Shown here: positions 38,743-58,398 of the stretch, piece after piece
How positions within the stretch are numbered: position 1 is the stretch's first letter
Layout of the letters: every line of letters starts with the position of its first letter
Assembly (NCBI RefSeq): GCF_009914755.1
Contig: NC_060943.1
Source of the DNA: the human T2T-CHM13v2.0 reference genome, Homo sapiens
Length of the DNA stretch: 64,000 nucleotides
Strand: one strand, 5' to 3'
Notes under the pieces: model-generated
Database searches by the model: none
Seen by the model: only the letters and a program-made list of their open reading frames with translations
What the model was told of the DNA's origin: nothing
Position numbers and translations under genes: made by a program

Positions 38743-40338
38743 GTACCAGCGGGGCCCCTCTCCACCTCAGGGGACCCCCCTGGGCCGGAATCGGGCCTAG
38801 CGGGGTGAGACCTCCCCTCTCCAGCCTGCCCCCTTAGCCGGGTGACCTTGCGCAGGTTGTCCAATCTCTCAGAGCCCTAGCTCCTTCTCGTAACAAAAAT
38901 GGAAATGGGTAGTACCCACCTTGTGGAGCTTTGTGGGGATTCCTGGAAGCAGGACAGGGATCTGGGGGGAGGCAGGGAGGGCGAGGCCGTGCACACTCAT
39001 AGAGTCAAATCCTGCCTTGATTTAATATGTTGATTTTTATATTAGTTTTGTTCATGAAAGATTTGGTGGGACCCATTTTGATTTTTATTTTCAAGCGCTG
39101 TAAAATGTTATTGTCTTGATGATTGAAATTTTTGGCACCCTCTTCCCCTTTAATCTTGTCCTCAAGATGCTTCTCTGGGCTCACTGTGGTCCCAGGCCTG
39201 CTTGGAAGTAAGACGCATAAAATGCTTAGTAAGGGAGCTGGCACACAGAAAACGTTTAAAACACATGAGATGATTTTGCAGGCCCAGAATCAAGGAAGAT
39301 TACAGATAGATGGGAAACCCTGGGATCATGCCCTTGTTTTTATAGGAGACTCACTGAGGTTTGGAGTGGGTAAGGGACCCACCTAAGTGGCAGAGGTGTC
39401 ACTAGAACTCAGACCCTCTGACTCAGATTCTTGGAAGTCACATGCTTACCATACTGCTGCCCCCTCTTAGGAAACATGGTGGGGCTGGCCTGGTTTCCTT
39501 CCGGGAGCCCAGTGCTAAGGGCTGGGCTGCAATGCAGCCAGAAGGGAGACCCCATCTCTCCCCTCCTATTTTTCTTACACCTTTCCCATTCTTGGCAGTA
39601 CCATTGGTATTTATGCATTGCAATTGTTTGCTCAGATGGAAACCTGTGTCATAGTCATCTCTATCTGATACAAAATGAGGGAAGTTTTCACATTGCTTAG
39701 AGGACTTTGGCCTCCTGCCATTTCTTGGAGTCCAGGCCTTGCGGTTGGCTCTCCTGACATTTTCAGAACCGAGTACCCATTCTTGGAGTGTTTTAGGGGA
39801 GCTGAGCGATGTCAGTATTCTCTGGTTCTCACCAGGAGGGAACAGGGAGCTCAGGCCTAGCCAGTCAGGAGATAGGTCATGGTGTACAGATGCTATCACA
39901 TGGGGGCACTTTTTTTTTTTTTTTTGAGATGGATTCTCGTGCTGTCGCCCAGGCTGGAGTGCAGTGGTGTGATCTGGGCTCACTGCAGCCTCCGCCTCCC
40001 GGGTGCAAGTGATTCTTGTGCCTCTGCCTCCTGAGTAGCTGGGACTGCAGGCACGCACCACCACTCCAAGTTCGTTTTTGTATTTTTAGTACAGACAGGG
40101 TTTCACCATGTTGACCAGTCTGGTCTCGAACTCTTGACCTCAGGTGATCTGCCTGCCTCGGCCTCCTAAAGTGCTGGGATTACAGGCATGAGCCACTGCG
40201 CCTGGTGGGTCACATTTTAGGTTCCTTTGTTGTCTGTTGAGAAGGTTTTTATGTGGCAGTATCAAGGGAGTGGGGAATAGATTATATTTTTCATTTATTT
40301 CCCAAGACCCTTTTGCCCACTTCCGTTGTTTCTTCTAG

Positions 40339-40492
40339 CATCGATACTCCTGGAGTCATCAGACGTGTCTCGCAGCTCTTCCACGAGCACCCTGACCTCA
40401 TTGTTGGATTCAACGCTTTTCTTCCCCTCGGATATAGAATAGACATTCCCAAGAATGGCAAGTTAAACATACAGTCGCCTCTGACAAGCCAG
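40339..40492 (+). CDS. SIN3B: SIN3B exon 3, PAH1 C-half ([30 protein letters not shown]...TSQ)
   Basis: tcttctag| acceptor and CAG|gtatgc donor. 154 nt, phase 2/0. Confidence 0.96.
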
Positions 40493-40954
40493 GTATGCCA
40501 CTACAGTGGTTCGGGTGATCTCAGCCTTCACCGAGTATGTCTTGCTACTCAGGTTGGGCCACGTGTCTCTCCTGTATCATTGCTAGAAAGCCACTTAAGA
40601 TCTGTTCTTTTTCTAGACGTGCTCATTGCTTCTAGCACAAATCAAAATAGATATGGAAACACCTACACAAGCAGCCTCTGCCTCCCAAATTGATCTGTTT
40701 GGAAGATTTAAATCAAGAGTGGATGTCAGGGAGGTATCCTCCTAACGCAGAATTTTGTGTGAAGTCTAAATAACCACCTCAGCAGTTGCTGAGGTCTTGG
40801 CTTGAGGCTTTCCCAGCGAGCATACCAGGCAGGCTTGCCCTTGTATTTAAGCATGTCCTCGTCTGCCTCTGATCACTCTCAGTACCACCTACAAAATAAA
40901 GTGGTCGAGATGGTGTGTGAGTAGCCACGTTTATGTTGGCTGTGTTTCATTTAA

Positions 40955-41248
<294 letters not shown>

Positions 41249-41744
41249 TGAGCTCCTGACCTCAAGTGATCTGCCTGCTTCAGCTTCCCAAAGTGCTAGG
41301 ATTACAGGCGTGAGCCACCGTGCCCAGCCTCCTTTTTTTTTTTTTTTTTTAAGACAGGTTCTCACTCTGTTGCCCAGGCTGGAGTGCAGTGGTGCCATCA
41401 TATCTCACTGCAGCCTCAACCTCCTGGGCTCAAGTGATCCTCCCGTCTCAGCCTCCTAAGTAGCTAGGACTACAGGCGTGCACCACCACGGCCAGCTAAT
41501 TTATTTATTTTTTTTGTAGCGACAGGGTCTCACTATGTTGCCCAGGGTTGGTCTCGATCTCCTGGCCTCAAGCGATGTGCCCACCTTGGCCTCCCACAGT
41601 GCTGGGATTACAGGAGTGAGCCACTGTGCCTGGCTCACTGCCCCTTCTATCTCTGCAGTCTCTTCATGCTTGAGCTTACTAGCGCCTCTGAGAAAAAGAA
41701 AGCCTACTTAAGATTTCCTTTTATAAGATGACCATTGTCATTTT

Positions 41745-41941
41745 TTCCACCTCAACACTATTTCCCATTTAAGGCATAATTCTTTGCTGTTGGGGGCTTC
41801 CCAGTGCATTGTGGGGTGTTTAGCAGGATCTGTAGCGTGTACCTACCAGACCTTCACTCAGTTCTGACAGCCAGAAATGTCTCCAGACATTGCCAGGTGT
41901 CTCCCTGGGGGGCAAAAGTGCCCCTGTTGAGAACCACCGGT
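41745..41941 (-). mobile_element. MER20 (a second degenerate copy lies at about 44935-45120)
   Basis: AAATGTCTCCAGACATTGCCAGGTGTCTCCCTGGGGGGCAAAA...GTTGAGAACCAC. Confidence 0.75.
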
Positions 41942-42246
41942 GTAAGTGGACCAGCTCTCCCAACCTCCTCCAGTCCTTGCCTCGAGAGTTTTAGCAGGGA
42001 GTGTCAGAATCTACTGCTGGAAGCACTTGGTAGGTCTTCTTTGATGGAAGAGATGATAGAGCGTCCAATCAATTAGGGATCTGACACTCCGCAGTCAGTT
42101 GGAAAGAGAACAGCGAAGGGTAATGTGGCAGTGCTTTTGTATTAATTCCATGTGCAAGGTGTGTGTCAATTCTGCTGCTTCTCGGCCAGGCGCAGTGGCT
42201 CACGCCTGTAATCCCAGCACTTTGGGGGGCCGAGATGGGTAGATTA

Positions 42247-42983
<737 letters not shown>

Positions 42984-44080
42984 TTAGCAAGACTGATCTC
43001 CAGAACAGTCACGACTGCGGGAGAAAGCCAAGCTCATTTGCAATAGCAGCGTCCACCAGAGCACTTTGCAGAGCCTGAATGCTGTGGAAACTCTGGGTCT
43101 CGTTCCTGTCACTCACTCAGAAAGAGCCAGAGTGAAAAGATGTGAACTGTGCGTCCTGCATGTGGAAATTGCCTTTCAGCAGAGTCCCTGCCCGTGGAGT
43201 AACTCGGCTTTCAGGGCTAGATCTTAACAGGCGCCACACTGGTTGTATTTGGAGTTGGCTCTTCCTTTAAGTAGCTGCGGGTCCCCAACCGTGGAGGGCT
43301 GGCAGTCTTGTCTCCCCGTAGGTGGCTTAGGTGACAATGATGACGGTGCAGACCCATCGACTTGGGGAAAGGCTTGAAAAGAACTTTCACTTAGTAGCTA
43401 CTCAGCAGGGCCTTGGTCATCGTGCTGCAGCCTGGGAACAGTCATTTCCAGGCTTAGGTGTAGAAGTTTGTTCTCTTCGGGGGCCCCTGGGAGCCCACTG
43501 GCTTCCAGTTGATATTGACACAGGTGCTGTCAGGTTTCCAGCCCTGTTTCCCAGCAGTCTGGGCTGTTGTTTGTGTGGCTTCAGGACAGAAACATGAGAG
43601 ATATCCCAGGTCCAGGCCATGACTCGCGTGGCTTCAGGAGTCCTTTGAGCTTTCGGCTCCCTGGAGTCCTTTGAGAGGCCATCGTCTGAAAGCCTCACAG
43701 GGTTTCCCACACACAGAGGCCCTGGTGATATTCTTTCTTTCTTTCTTTTCTTTCTTTTTTTTTTTTTTTGTGACAGAGTTTCAGAGTTTCGCTCTTTACC
43801 CACGCTGGAGTGCAATGACACAATCTCGACTCACCGCATCCTCTGCCTCCCCAGTTCAAGCGATTCTCCTCCCTCAGCCTCCTGAGTAACTGGGATTACA
43901 GGCATGCACCAGCGCGCCCGACTAATTTTGTATTTTTAGTAGAGACGGGGTTTCTCCATATTGGTCAGGCTGGTCTTGAACTCCCGACCTCACGTGATCT
44001 GCCTGCCTCGGCCTCCCAAAGTACTGGGATTACAGGCATGAGCCACTGCACCTGGCCATCTTTTTTTTTTTTTTTTTTGA

Positions 44081-44188
<108 letters not shown>

Positions 44189-44350
44189 TAGCTGGGATTA
44201 CAGGTGCCTGCCACCACTATCAGCTAATTTTTGTATTTTTAGTAGAGATGGGATTTCACCATGTTGGTCAGGCTGGTTTCGAAATCCCCTGACCTCATGA
44301 TCTGCCCACCTCGGCCTCCCAAAGTTCTTTTTTTTTTTTTTTTACTTTAA

Positions 44351-44587
<237 letters not shown>

Positions 44588-46140
44588 TGATCCCCCACCT
44601 CAGCCTCCCAAAGTGTTGAGATTACAGGCGTTAGCCACTGTGCCTGGCCTTTTTTACATTTTTAAAATAGAGACAGGGTTTCACCATGTTGTCCAGGCTG
44701 GACTCAAGTGATCCTCCTGCCTTGGCCTCCCAAAGTTTTGGGATTACAGGTGTGACCCACCACGCCTGGCCAGTATTCTCTGTCGCTTAGTTTTTCTAGT
44801 TTGACTGTTTTGAAGTATCTTTTTCCCCCCCCAATTTTATCACAAAGCCTGCCAGCTACTGACAAGTAGGGAGTGGCCCATAGGTGGTAAGGAAGGTGAA
44901 TAAGAGAGTCCCAGCCTCGGGCAGCCTTTGGCGCAGGGTGTCTTCAGCTTTGGGGGCCAGACTGTTCTTTATGGCGAGGTGCCGTCCTGCACACTGAAGG
45001 GTATTTGAGCAGCCTCCCTGGCCTCCACCCACCAGATGCTTCTAGATGTGATAACCTAAAGTGTCTCCCGTGTTGCCGAGTGTCCCCTGGGTGGCAGAGT
45101 TGCTCAGGTTGAGAACACGAGTCTAAAGGGGAAGACAGACACAGGCCGTGGTGTGTGGCCAGTGACGACCTGGGGAATTTGGAGGAAGGAACAGCTTCTT
45201 ACTGGAGCCTTGCCTTGGCCTCCTGAGTCAGCATCATTTACTGTCTGGTAATTCAGGCCTTGGTTGTAATGTCAGCTCCACAGAGAGCCCCCTAGTCCCT
45301 ACCCTGTGTCATTCTTACACCACCCTGGGTTATGTATTTCAAAACGGCTAGGAAAAGAAGTTCAGAATGCATTGTTTCTTATTGGTTTTCCTTCCTTGGT
45401 TGACGGTGAGTCCTTAAGATGAGGTGGGCCCTGCACTGTCTTGTTCATGACTGTATCCACCTTCTGGAACGTCGCCAGGGAGCAGTGCATGGTGCAGGAA
45501 TGAGAAACTGGATGCTGGTGGGAACATGGCCGCTCTCAGCTAGCGGGTCCTCTTCAGGGCAGACCCTGCCTCGTGGAAGATGACAGCTGGCTTGGACAGA
45601 GACAGAGATAACCCCTTAACGTGCAGCTCCTAACTTAAGCAGCCCCTCGACATTCAAAGGGAGCCCCCTGGCTGTTCTCTGGGGGAAGTCCCGCTAGTTG
45701 TCAACAAGTCGATTCTTGTGTTTGTATCTTCTTGGCTCATGGAGCAGGCGGTGACCCCTTCTCCGAGCCAGGCCCTGGGGTTTATTCAGAGGCCCTGCTC
45801 TCAGGGTTCCTGCACAGTCAAGGTGGGGGGTCCGATGAGAAACAGATGGGCAGATGCGGGTGGCGCATGGGAGAGGGCAGAGAGAGGATGGAGCAGGCCA
45901 GGGAAGGGTGGGAGGAGGTTGCTGTGGGCAGGACCTGTTTCATGAGGGACTGTTCCTGGTGGGGAGTGATGGCCTGAGGTGAGAGTGAGTGGGTGTGCTT
46001 GAGGAACAGCCAAGGAGAACGGCAGGGTCAGGAGCTGAAGGAGAGAAGGGGGAGAGGGAGCCAGGAGCGTGAGAACCACTGGATGGTTCTGGGAGGCGGT
46101 TCTGCTGCTGTGCTGAGAATGAGGGGTCAGGAGGCCCCTG

Positions 46141-46590
46141 GGAGACCAGGGAGGGGCCCCAAGTGATGGAGGCGGGGTAGACAGTGATGGAAACAGAGTG
46201 GATGGTGACAAGGACCAGAGAGGGTCCCAAGTGATGGGAACAGAGAGGATGGTGACAAGGACCAGAGACAATTCCCAAGTGATGAGGACAGAATGGATGG
46301 TAACAAGGAGTAGGGAAGGCCTCCCGAGTGATGGGGACAGAGGTGGACAGCAATGGCGACAGAGTGGATGGTGACAAGGACCAGAGACAGTCCCCAAGTG
46401 ATGGGGACTGAGTAGACAGTGATGAGGACAGAGTGGATGGTAACAAGGACTGGAGAGGGATCCCCCGAGTGATGGGGACGGAGTGGACAGTGATAAGGAC
46501 CAGAGAAGTGCCCTGAGTGATGGGGACAGAGTGACTGGTGACAAGGACCAGAGGGGGTTCCCATGTGATGGGGGCAGAGTGGATGATGAT
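46141..46590 (+). repeat. Purine-rich minisatellite, about 8 units of about 47 bp with an optional ~21-bp sub-repeat
   Basis: Unit approximately GTGATGGGGACAGAGTGGATGGTGACAAGGACCAGAGAGGGTCCCCAA. Confidence 0.9.
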
Positions 46591-47019
46591 GTAGATCAGG
46601 AGCGGGGGTGTCAGTGAGAGTGAGAAGTCTGGGCTGATCTCAGGATGCCTGATTCTCTGGGTAAAAGTGTGGGCCCCTGCTGAGGTGCATAAGGCCAGGG
46701 CAGTTGGGGGGCTGCTATGTGTCTGTGCGGTGCCTGCCATTTGAGGCTCTGTTAATCAGTACCCAGGCGGGGCTGTGTGTGGATGCTCAGATGGACGTGT
46801 CGGCCACGCAGGATGGTTGTCATGGTGTGGGAGGCAGTTCGAACTCTGCCTGATGAGGCCACCCAGGGCACGGGGAGAGAGGAGGTGCCGGAAGAAAAAG
46901 AAAACTGGGCTTGTGCTGGGTGGTTTAGAGCAGCACAGTCGGCAAATGGTAGCTTGGAGACCAAAGCCAGCCTGGCTCGGTGTGATTGGTTGTGATTTTT
47001 ACATTTTCAAAGGATTAAA

Positions 47020-48250
<1,231 letters not shown>

Positions 48251-48738
48251 ATCTGGCTCTTTTTGCCAAGCCCTGGTCTAGAGCGTGGTTCCCCATTTTG
48301 TCGCAGTGGCACACTTTAGGGGATCAGAGGGTGCATGCGGAGCTTGGAAATGCCTCCTTGGAATGGTGGGGGGCTCGCAGTGAGCCTACAGCTGCCTCTG
48401 AAACAGACCTTGGCTCCATGCTGCTTCCCTACATACCCACACCCTGCTCGTTCCGACCCCTTCTGCCATCAAACCTGTGCACCATGGAGAAACAGACGCA
48501 GCCCCCTGTGAGCCTGAGCAGAGAATCATTCCGGACATCCCCAGAGAATCTTACAACAAACCCCGCCACTGACTGGGCGCAGTGGTTTACGCCTGTAATC
48601 TCAGCACTTTGGGAGGCCAAGGTGGGCAGATCACTTGAGGTCAAGCGAGACCAGCCTGGCCAATATGGTGAAACCCCATCTCTACTAAAAATAGAAAAAT
48701 TAGCCAGCGTGGTCGCACGGCACCTGTGATCCCAGCTA

Positions 48739-48876
<138 letters not shown>

Positions 48877-48949
48877 TTAGAATCGTGGCTGCTCTGCGTC
48901 TTGTATTTCTGCTTTTCTCAGCTGAGACTTTCTAGAATTGTCTCTGTAC

Positions 48950-49360
48950 CCATTGTTCTGGGCAGAATTGTGTCATCCCCCCACCCCACATTCCACCCCA
49001 AATTCATGTATTTTAGCCCTAGCCCCAGCGCCTCAGAACGTGACTGTATTTGGAGATGGAGCCTTTGAAGAGGTGATTTAACTGAGGCCGTTAGGGTGGG
49101 CCCTAATCCAGTCTGATTGGTGTCCTTATAAGAGAGGAGATTGGGACACACATCAGGGACATGCGTGCACAGAGAGAAGACCACATGAGGACAAAGACAG
49201 TGGCCACCCACAAGCCAAGGAGAGAGTCCTTAGAGAAAACCAAACCTCCTGGCACCTTGACCTTGGCCTCCTGGCCTCCAGGCCTCCAGAACTGAGAACT
49301 ACTAACTTCTGTTGTTTCAGCCAGTCTGGGGTACCTCGTTGTGGCAGCCTGAGCTGATGG
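48950..49360 (+). mobile_element. MLT1A-like MaLR LTR
   Basis: GTGACTGTATTTGGAGAT...GGGTGGGCCCTAATCCAGTCTGATTGGTGTCCTTATAAGA. Confidence 0.8.
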
Positions 49361-50599
49361 ATGCACTCACCCCACTGACGGTGCCTGTGCCCAGCAGAGG
49401 TACCTGTTTCAGTACAAGACGGTAGTGGTGTGCCTGGCCTTGCCTGTTGCAGTAGATTTTCAGGGTCAGCGTTTGGGTCACCTGCAGTGTTGGGCACTGC
49501 AGGGCAGCGGAAACAGTGAAGTCTGTGTGTCCCTTCATCCGTTCACCTGATCATCCCCAACAGTGGGTGAAGCTCACTCTGTTTCTCACACTGTTCTGGG
49601 CACTGGGGATACAGCCCTGATCAAAACCCCCACCCTCGTGGAGTTCGCCATCTAGTCAGGGACTGGCAGACAGTGCAATGAGTAAAATACATGATCCATA
49701 AGGTGGTGACGGGCCGCGGAGAAAAATGCAGGAGTGCTAGGAGGTGGCGTCATTTTACTTTGGTGAAAGAGCGTTCTCTAGGACTCACCAAGCAGGGCTT
49801 ATCCAAGCAAAAACCTCAGCCAGGCTGGAGGAATCCTGACTGGCTGGAGACCCAGCCCTTGTGTGCTGGGGATGGTGCAGCATAATTCTGGTTTAGAAAC
49901 AACAGCTCCTCCTCTGGGGGAGTGGTCCTGTCCCACCACAACATGGGAGGGAGGCAAGCTTCTTTCTATTTTTGCTCATATCGGCTGAAAAGTACACGCA
50001 TAGAGGGCATTCTTGGTGGGTGTTCAGGGCCTGTCTTTTCTCCCAAGCGACCGATGCACCTTATTGCGATTGGCCTGGGTCTTAGCACCAAAAATGTCAT
50101 GTCCCTTGAAGTCCCCAACAACCTGGACAGTGGGTCGCCTCTAACCTCCAGGGTCCCCATCTTATATATCCTACCTTGGCATCACTGCTGGCAGCAGTTG
50201 CCTTTCCACGTGAAAGCAATCTTGCTGAAACAGATTGCAGGAGGCGTGGGAGACTTCTCTATTATATGCAGCCCAGCACTTGGCACCACAGAGGCTTAAA
50301 CATCCACTTTGTACATTTCTCCTGAATGTGAAGTTTTCCAAATGCAAGGTGCTCGTTGAACTTGTTGTGTTCCTTGAGTAGATTGGTAAGGATCGGGTGG
50401 AGGTGAGCTGGGAAGACTCACCTGTGCACCCCGCCCTGCTTGCCTCCAGGCTCTCAGAAGTAACCTTTCCCTGTCTCTAATACAGCTTGGCTCCGTGCTG
50501 AGTTTTTTCTGTTCCTGTGCAGACAGTGGCTGGGCCTGGTGTTTTTCACAATCTGTTTCCAGTGTCGGGCCTGGCAGTAACTCATTGTCGCCTTGTCAG

Positions 50600-50800
50600 G
50601 AGAATTCGCACAACCACGGGGACGGTGCAGAGGACTTCAAGCAGCAGGTGCCGTATAAAGAGGACAAACCCCAGGTGCCCCTGGAGTCCGATTCCGTGGA
50701 ATTCAACAACGCCATCAGCTATGTGAATAAGATTAAAACCCGCTTCCTAGACCACCCAGAAATCTACAGGTCATTCCTGGAGATCCTGCACACGTACCAG
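50600..50800 (+). CDS. SIN3B: SIN3B exon 4, PAH2 N-half (ENSHNHGD...[17 protein letters not shown]...LHTYQ)
   Basis: ccttgtcag| acceptor and CAG|gtaaga donor. 201 nt. Confidence 0.96.
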
Positions 50801-50910
50801 GTAAGAACTCAGATTACAATTCCTTGTGGGTTTTGGATTTCATCCAGTTTGGGGCCCTGCAGATATTCAGATTTTCTTGTCGGAATTCATAAAATCCTGT
50901 AAAATTCTAA

Positions 50911-54905
<3,995 letters not shown>

Positions 54906-55799
54906 ATTGTTTCTTTAAACTTCACTCAGTGTGGTCGTTGTTCTGTCCGTATGCAGATAGATCATTTCTATTTATTATCTGAACTGAGTGGCCTTTGCTT
55001 GTTTTTAAGTTTTGCTTTTTAGTGTCTTTTGATGACTTTTTGGAAGGGTGGTGTTTTTTTTCCCCTGCAGTGTAGGTGCTGCCGGTGCCAAGATTTAAAA
55101 CTTGCTTCCCTTCCCACAGGCTGCAGCGGGTGCAGAGGGGCAGGAGGCGCCAGCACAGGGATTCCTCCTGCTTTGCAGCCGTGCAGTGGGACTCTGGAAG
55201 CCACGCCATATTATCCGGGAGGCTCCGGTGCTATTGCCTCTTGTTCTGTGACACTCTTGGGTGTAAAATTGATACGGACGTATTTCTAACAGCCACGGCG
55301 GTTTTGCTGGCCCGTTCCTGCCTTCCAACCTGGGTTCCCTTTGGTCCTCTTGTTGCTTTAAGGTCTGGATCAGGCCATTTTCCTTGGGTCTCAGTGACTC
55401 CGGGCCAGTAGGTGCCTCGGCCTGGAAGTCCCTTCCCTTCATGGCCCAGCGCTCCCCAGTTCTACACTCCCCATTTCCCTTGGGAAGGCCTGGGGTTCGC
55501 CCCTGACCTTGTACTTCCCCGGCCCACCCCTGATTACAGCCAGCCTGTCACCTCCCTGCCCCCTCTGTTCGTGGACACTGCTGGGTCCCCACCATACTCC
55601 TGGACGGGACCTGCCCATGGCCGGGGCTCAGGCCATGCTGGGCAGCAAGATCCACACGTGTGCAGACAGGACCCTGCGGGCAGGTGCTCTTTCCTGAGAG
55701 TCATCCTGTCCCCTTCACGGAGGGCTGCCTGAGTGTCCCGGCCCAGGGCACAGCACTCCTTGACTAACGACTTATTTTCCCTTTCCTGAAAACTGGCAG

Positions 55800-55943
55800 A
55801 AGGAGCAGCTGAACACGAGGGGCCGGCCATTCCGAGGCATGTCTGAAGAGGAGGTGTTCACCGAGGTGGCCAACCTCTTCCGGGGCCAGGAGGACCTGCT
55901 CTCAGAGTTTGGACAGTTCCTGCCCGAAGCCAAGCGGTCTCTG
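55800..55943 (+). CDS. SIN3B: SIN3B exon 5, PAH2 C-half (KEQLNTRG...[18 protein letters not shown])
   Basis: Branch-like TGACTAAC at 55761-55768, ggcag| acceptor, CTG|gtgagt donor. 144 nt. Confidence 0.95.
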
Positions 55944-56569
55944 GTGAGTGCCGAGAGCCCCTGCCCAGCCTCGGGGGCCTCAGCGAGGACGGAGGGCCCC
56001 AGCCAGCTTGACCCATGTCCGGGCCAAGCCTATGTACCCTCCAGGCCACACTAGGGTCCCCCAGAAGCTACGCAGGTTGCAGATACCCAGGGGTTCCTCA
56101 CTGTAGGCTCCACCTGCACAGCAAGCTCGTAAACGATTTGCCAAGGTGCTTCTCTGTACAGACAGTACCTGGATCTTGGGGTGGTTTGGGAGGCAGAGAG
56201 CATCTTCCAGTGGAGACTATGGGCCCAGGGGTTCCACCTCCTGTGTCTGCCCTGCAGAGCCCCACCCTGCCTGGGACCCCAGCCCTGTGGGAAGGTGCAG
56301 GAGGGCTGGGTCCACAATCATCGCTTCCCCTGTTGGATGAGACTGATCTGGGGCTCCAGCAGGTTGGATCTGGAGGAGCCAGTAGCGGGGGTGGCCTGTG
56401 GCCTGGCCCTGACCATGGTGGTAGAGAGCAGAGATGGGCGAGGAGGGGCCTTAGACAGGGCTCAGGGCTCACCCTGCACAGTCAGCCTTTCTCCCCTGCC
56501 TGTGGCCTGAAGCTGCCAGGGCCGCCTGTTCCGATTCCTCTTTTTTCCCCCACTATGATCATAAGACTT

Positions 56570-57330
56570 TTTTAAAAATTGAAGTGAAATTTATGTAACA
56601 TCGAATTCACCATTGAAAGTGAACAATTCCATGGCATGTGGTACATCCTCAGTGTTGTACAACCTTCACCACTACCTAGTTCCAGAACATTTTCATCCCC
56701 CTGAAAGGAGACCCAGTCCCCATCAGCAGCCACCCCATTCACCTCCCCCAGCTCCTGGCAACGCCCATGTGCTTCCTGTTTCTGTGGATTTGATTCGCCC
56801 ATTCTGGACATTTCAGATGGGTGGAATGTCACCATATGTGGCCTTTGTGTCTGGCTCCTCTCACTCAGCATCATGTTTTCAAGGTTCATCCATGTCGTAC
56901 CGTGGATCAGTGCTCATTCCTTTTCCTGGCTGAATCATATTCTGTTAGATGGATGAGCCACATTCTGTTTATCCGTATTCTGTTGATGGACATTTGGGTT
57001 GTTTCTGCCTTTTGGCTGTTGTGAACAGTGCCGCCATCAACATTTATTGCACGGATTTGTTTGAACACCTGTTTTCAGTTCTTTTGGGTAGACACCTAGG
57101 AGTGGAATTCCTGGGTCACATGTTAATTCTGTTTTTGACTTTTTGAAGAGCCTCTAAACTGTTTTCTACAGTGACCGCACCATTTTACATTCCTATCAGC
57201 AATGGACTGCGGTTTCTGTCTCTCCACATCTTGGCCAACATTTGTTCTTTTCCAGGTTTTTTTTTTTTTTTTTTTGCCTTTTGTTTTTAGTAGCCATCAG
57301 TGTGTGAAGTTTTATTGCATTAAGGTTTGT
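56570..57330 (-). mobile_element. Old L1M 3' fragment
   Basis: CACTCAGCATCATGTTTTCAAGGTTCATCCATGT...GTTGATGGACATTTGGGTTGTTTC. Confidence 0.8.
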
Positions 57331-57436
57331 TTGTTTTTATTTTTTGAGACAGGCTCTCTGTCTGTCACCTAGGCTGGAGTGCAGTGGCGTAATTGATCAC
57401 TGTTCACTGCAACCTCCATCTCCCAGGCTCAGGTGA

Positions 57437-57643
<207 letters not shown>

Positions 57644-57799
57644 TAATTGTAGAGACAGGGTCTCACAATGTTGTCCAGGTTGGTCTCAGACTCCTGGCCT
57701 CAAGCGATCCTCCCACCTTGGCCTCCCAAAGTGTTAGGATTACAAGCATATGCCATTGTGCCCAGTCCATGGTTTCTTTAAGTGGCATTTATGCAGGGC

Positions 57800-57837
57800 A
57801 CCCGGCTAGCTCAGTCAGTAGAGCATGAGACTCTCAA
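57800..57837 (+). pseudogene. 5' half of tRNA-Lys(CTT), tailless retrocopy (not a functional tRNA)
   Basis: ACCCGGCTAGCTCAGTCAGTAGAGCATGAGACTCTCAA versus GCCCGGCTAGCTCAGTCGGTAGAGCATGAGACTCTTAA. No T-arm or 3' acceptor strand. Confidence 0.88.
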
Positions 57838-58065
57838 ATAACATTTATTACCAATTTAGCTAAGATTTTTAGTGTGTATTGGTTTATTAGAGCTATCTTG
57901 TATATTTAGAAAGATTGGATCAACTTTTTAAAATTATTAAAAGCACTGCATCTGTTGTGTGAAGTATAATCTTTATGTTAACTTTTGGACATATATTAAA
58001 ACTGTAGGAAAAAGAAACCAAGATGAAATTTGGCATTGCTCTAATTAAATTTGACTGGCCTGGAT

Positions 58066-58398
58066 CAGAGGTTGACAAACCTTCTCTACAAAGGGCCAGA
58101 TAGTAAGTATCACAGGCTTTGCAGGCCAGTTGATCTTTGTGTAAAGATTCACCTCTGCCCTAGTAGCTTGAAAGCAGTCATGGAATATGTATGTCAATGA
58201 CTGGACAGGGCTGTGTGCCAATAACACTTTATTTACAAAATGAATGGGTGTGGCCGGGTACCAACAAAACTTTATTTACAAAATGAATGGGCATGACTGG
58301 GTACCAATAACTTTACAAAAGGAATGGGTGTGGCTAGGTGCTGATAAAAAATTTTATTTATGAGAACAACAGGCCCTGTGTTAATTTGCCATTCCCTA
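58066..58398 (+). mobile_element. MER58A-like element with an internal ~38-bp tandem amplification
   Basis: CAGAGGTTGACAAACCTTCTCTACAAAGGGCCAGATAGTAAG start. ACTTTATTTACAAAATGAATGGG...GGTACCAA repeated about three times. Confidence 0.75.

Larger units (their letters stand above)
38050..38830. promoter_or_regulatory. SIN3B: CpG island / SIN3B promoter
   Basis: Very high GC and CpG density around exons 1-2. NRF1-type TGCGCATGCGC at 38206-38216, tandem GC boxes at 38228-38248, CRE half-site ACGTCA at about 38173. Confidence 0.9.

Noticed and set aside
38077-38808. 243-aa ORF through the SIN3B promoter, exon 1 and intron 1, with an in-frame upstream ATG at 38113
   Set aside because: Stop-poor GC-rich DNA. 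The upstream ATG lies 5' of the NRF1/GC-box core and so probably outside the mRNA. Intron 1 (250 nt) shifts frame relative to exon 2.
57800-57875. Functional tRNA-Lys gene
   Set aside because: Only the 5' half is present, with no B-box/T-arm and a mutated anticodon region.
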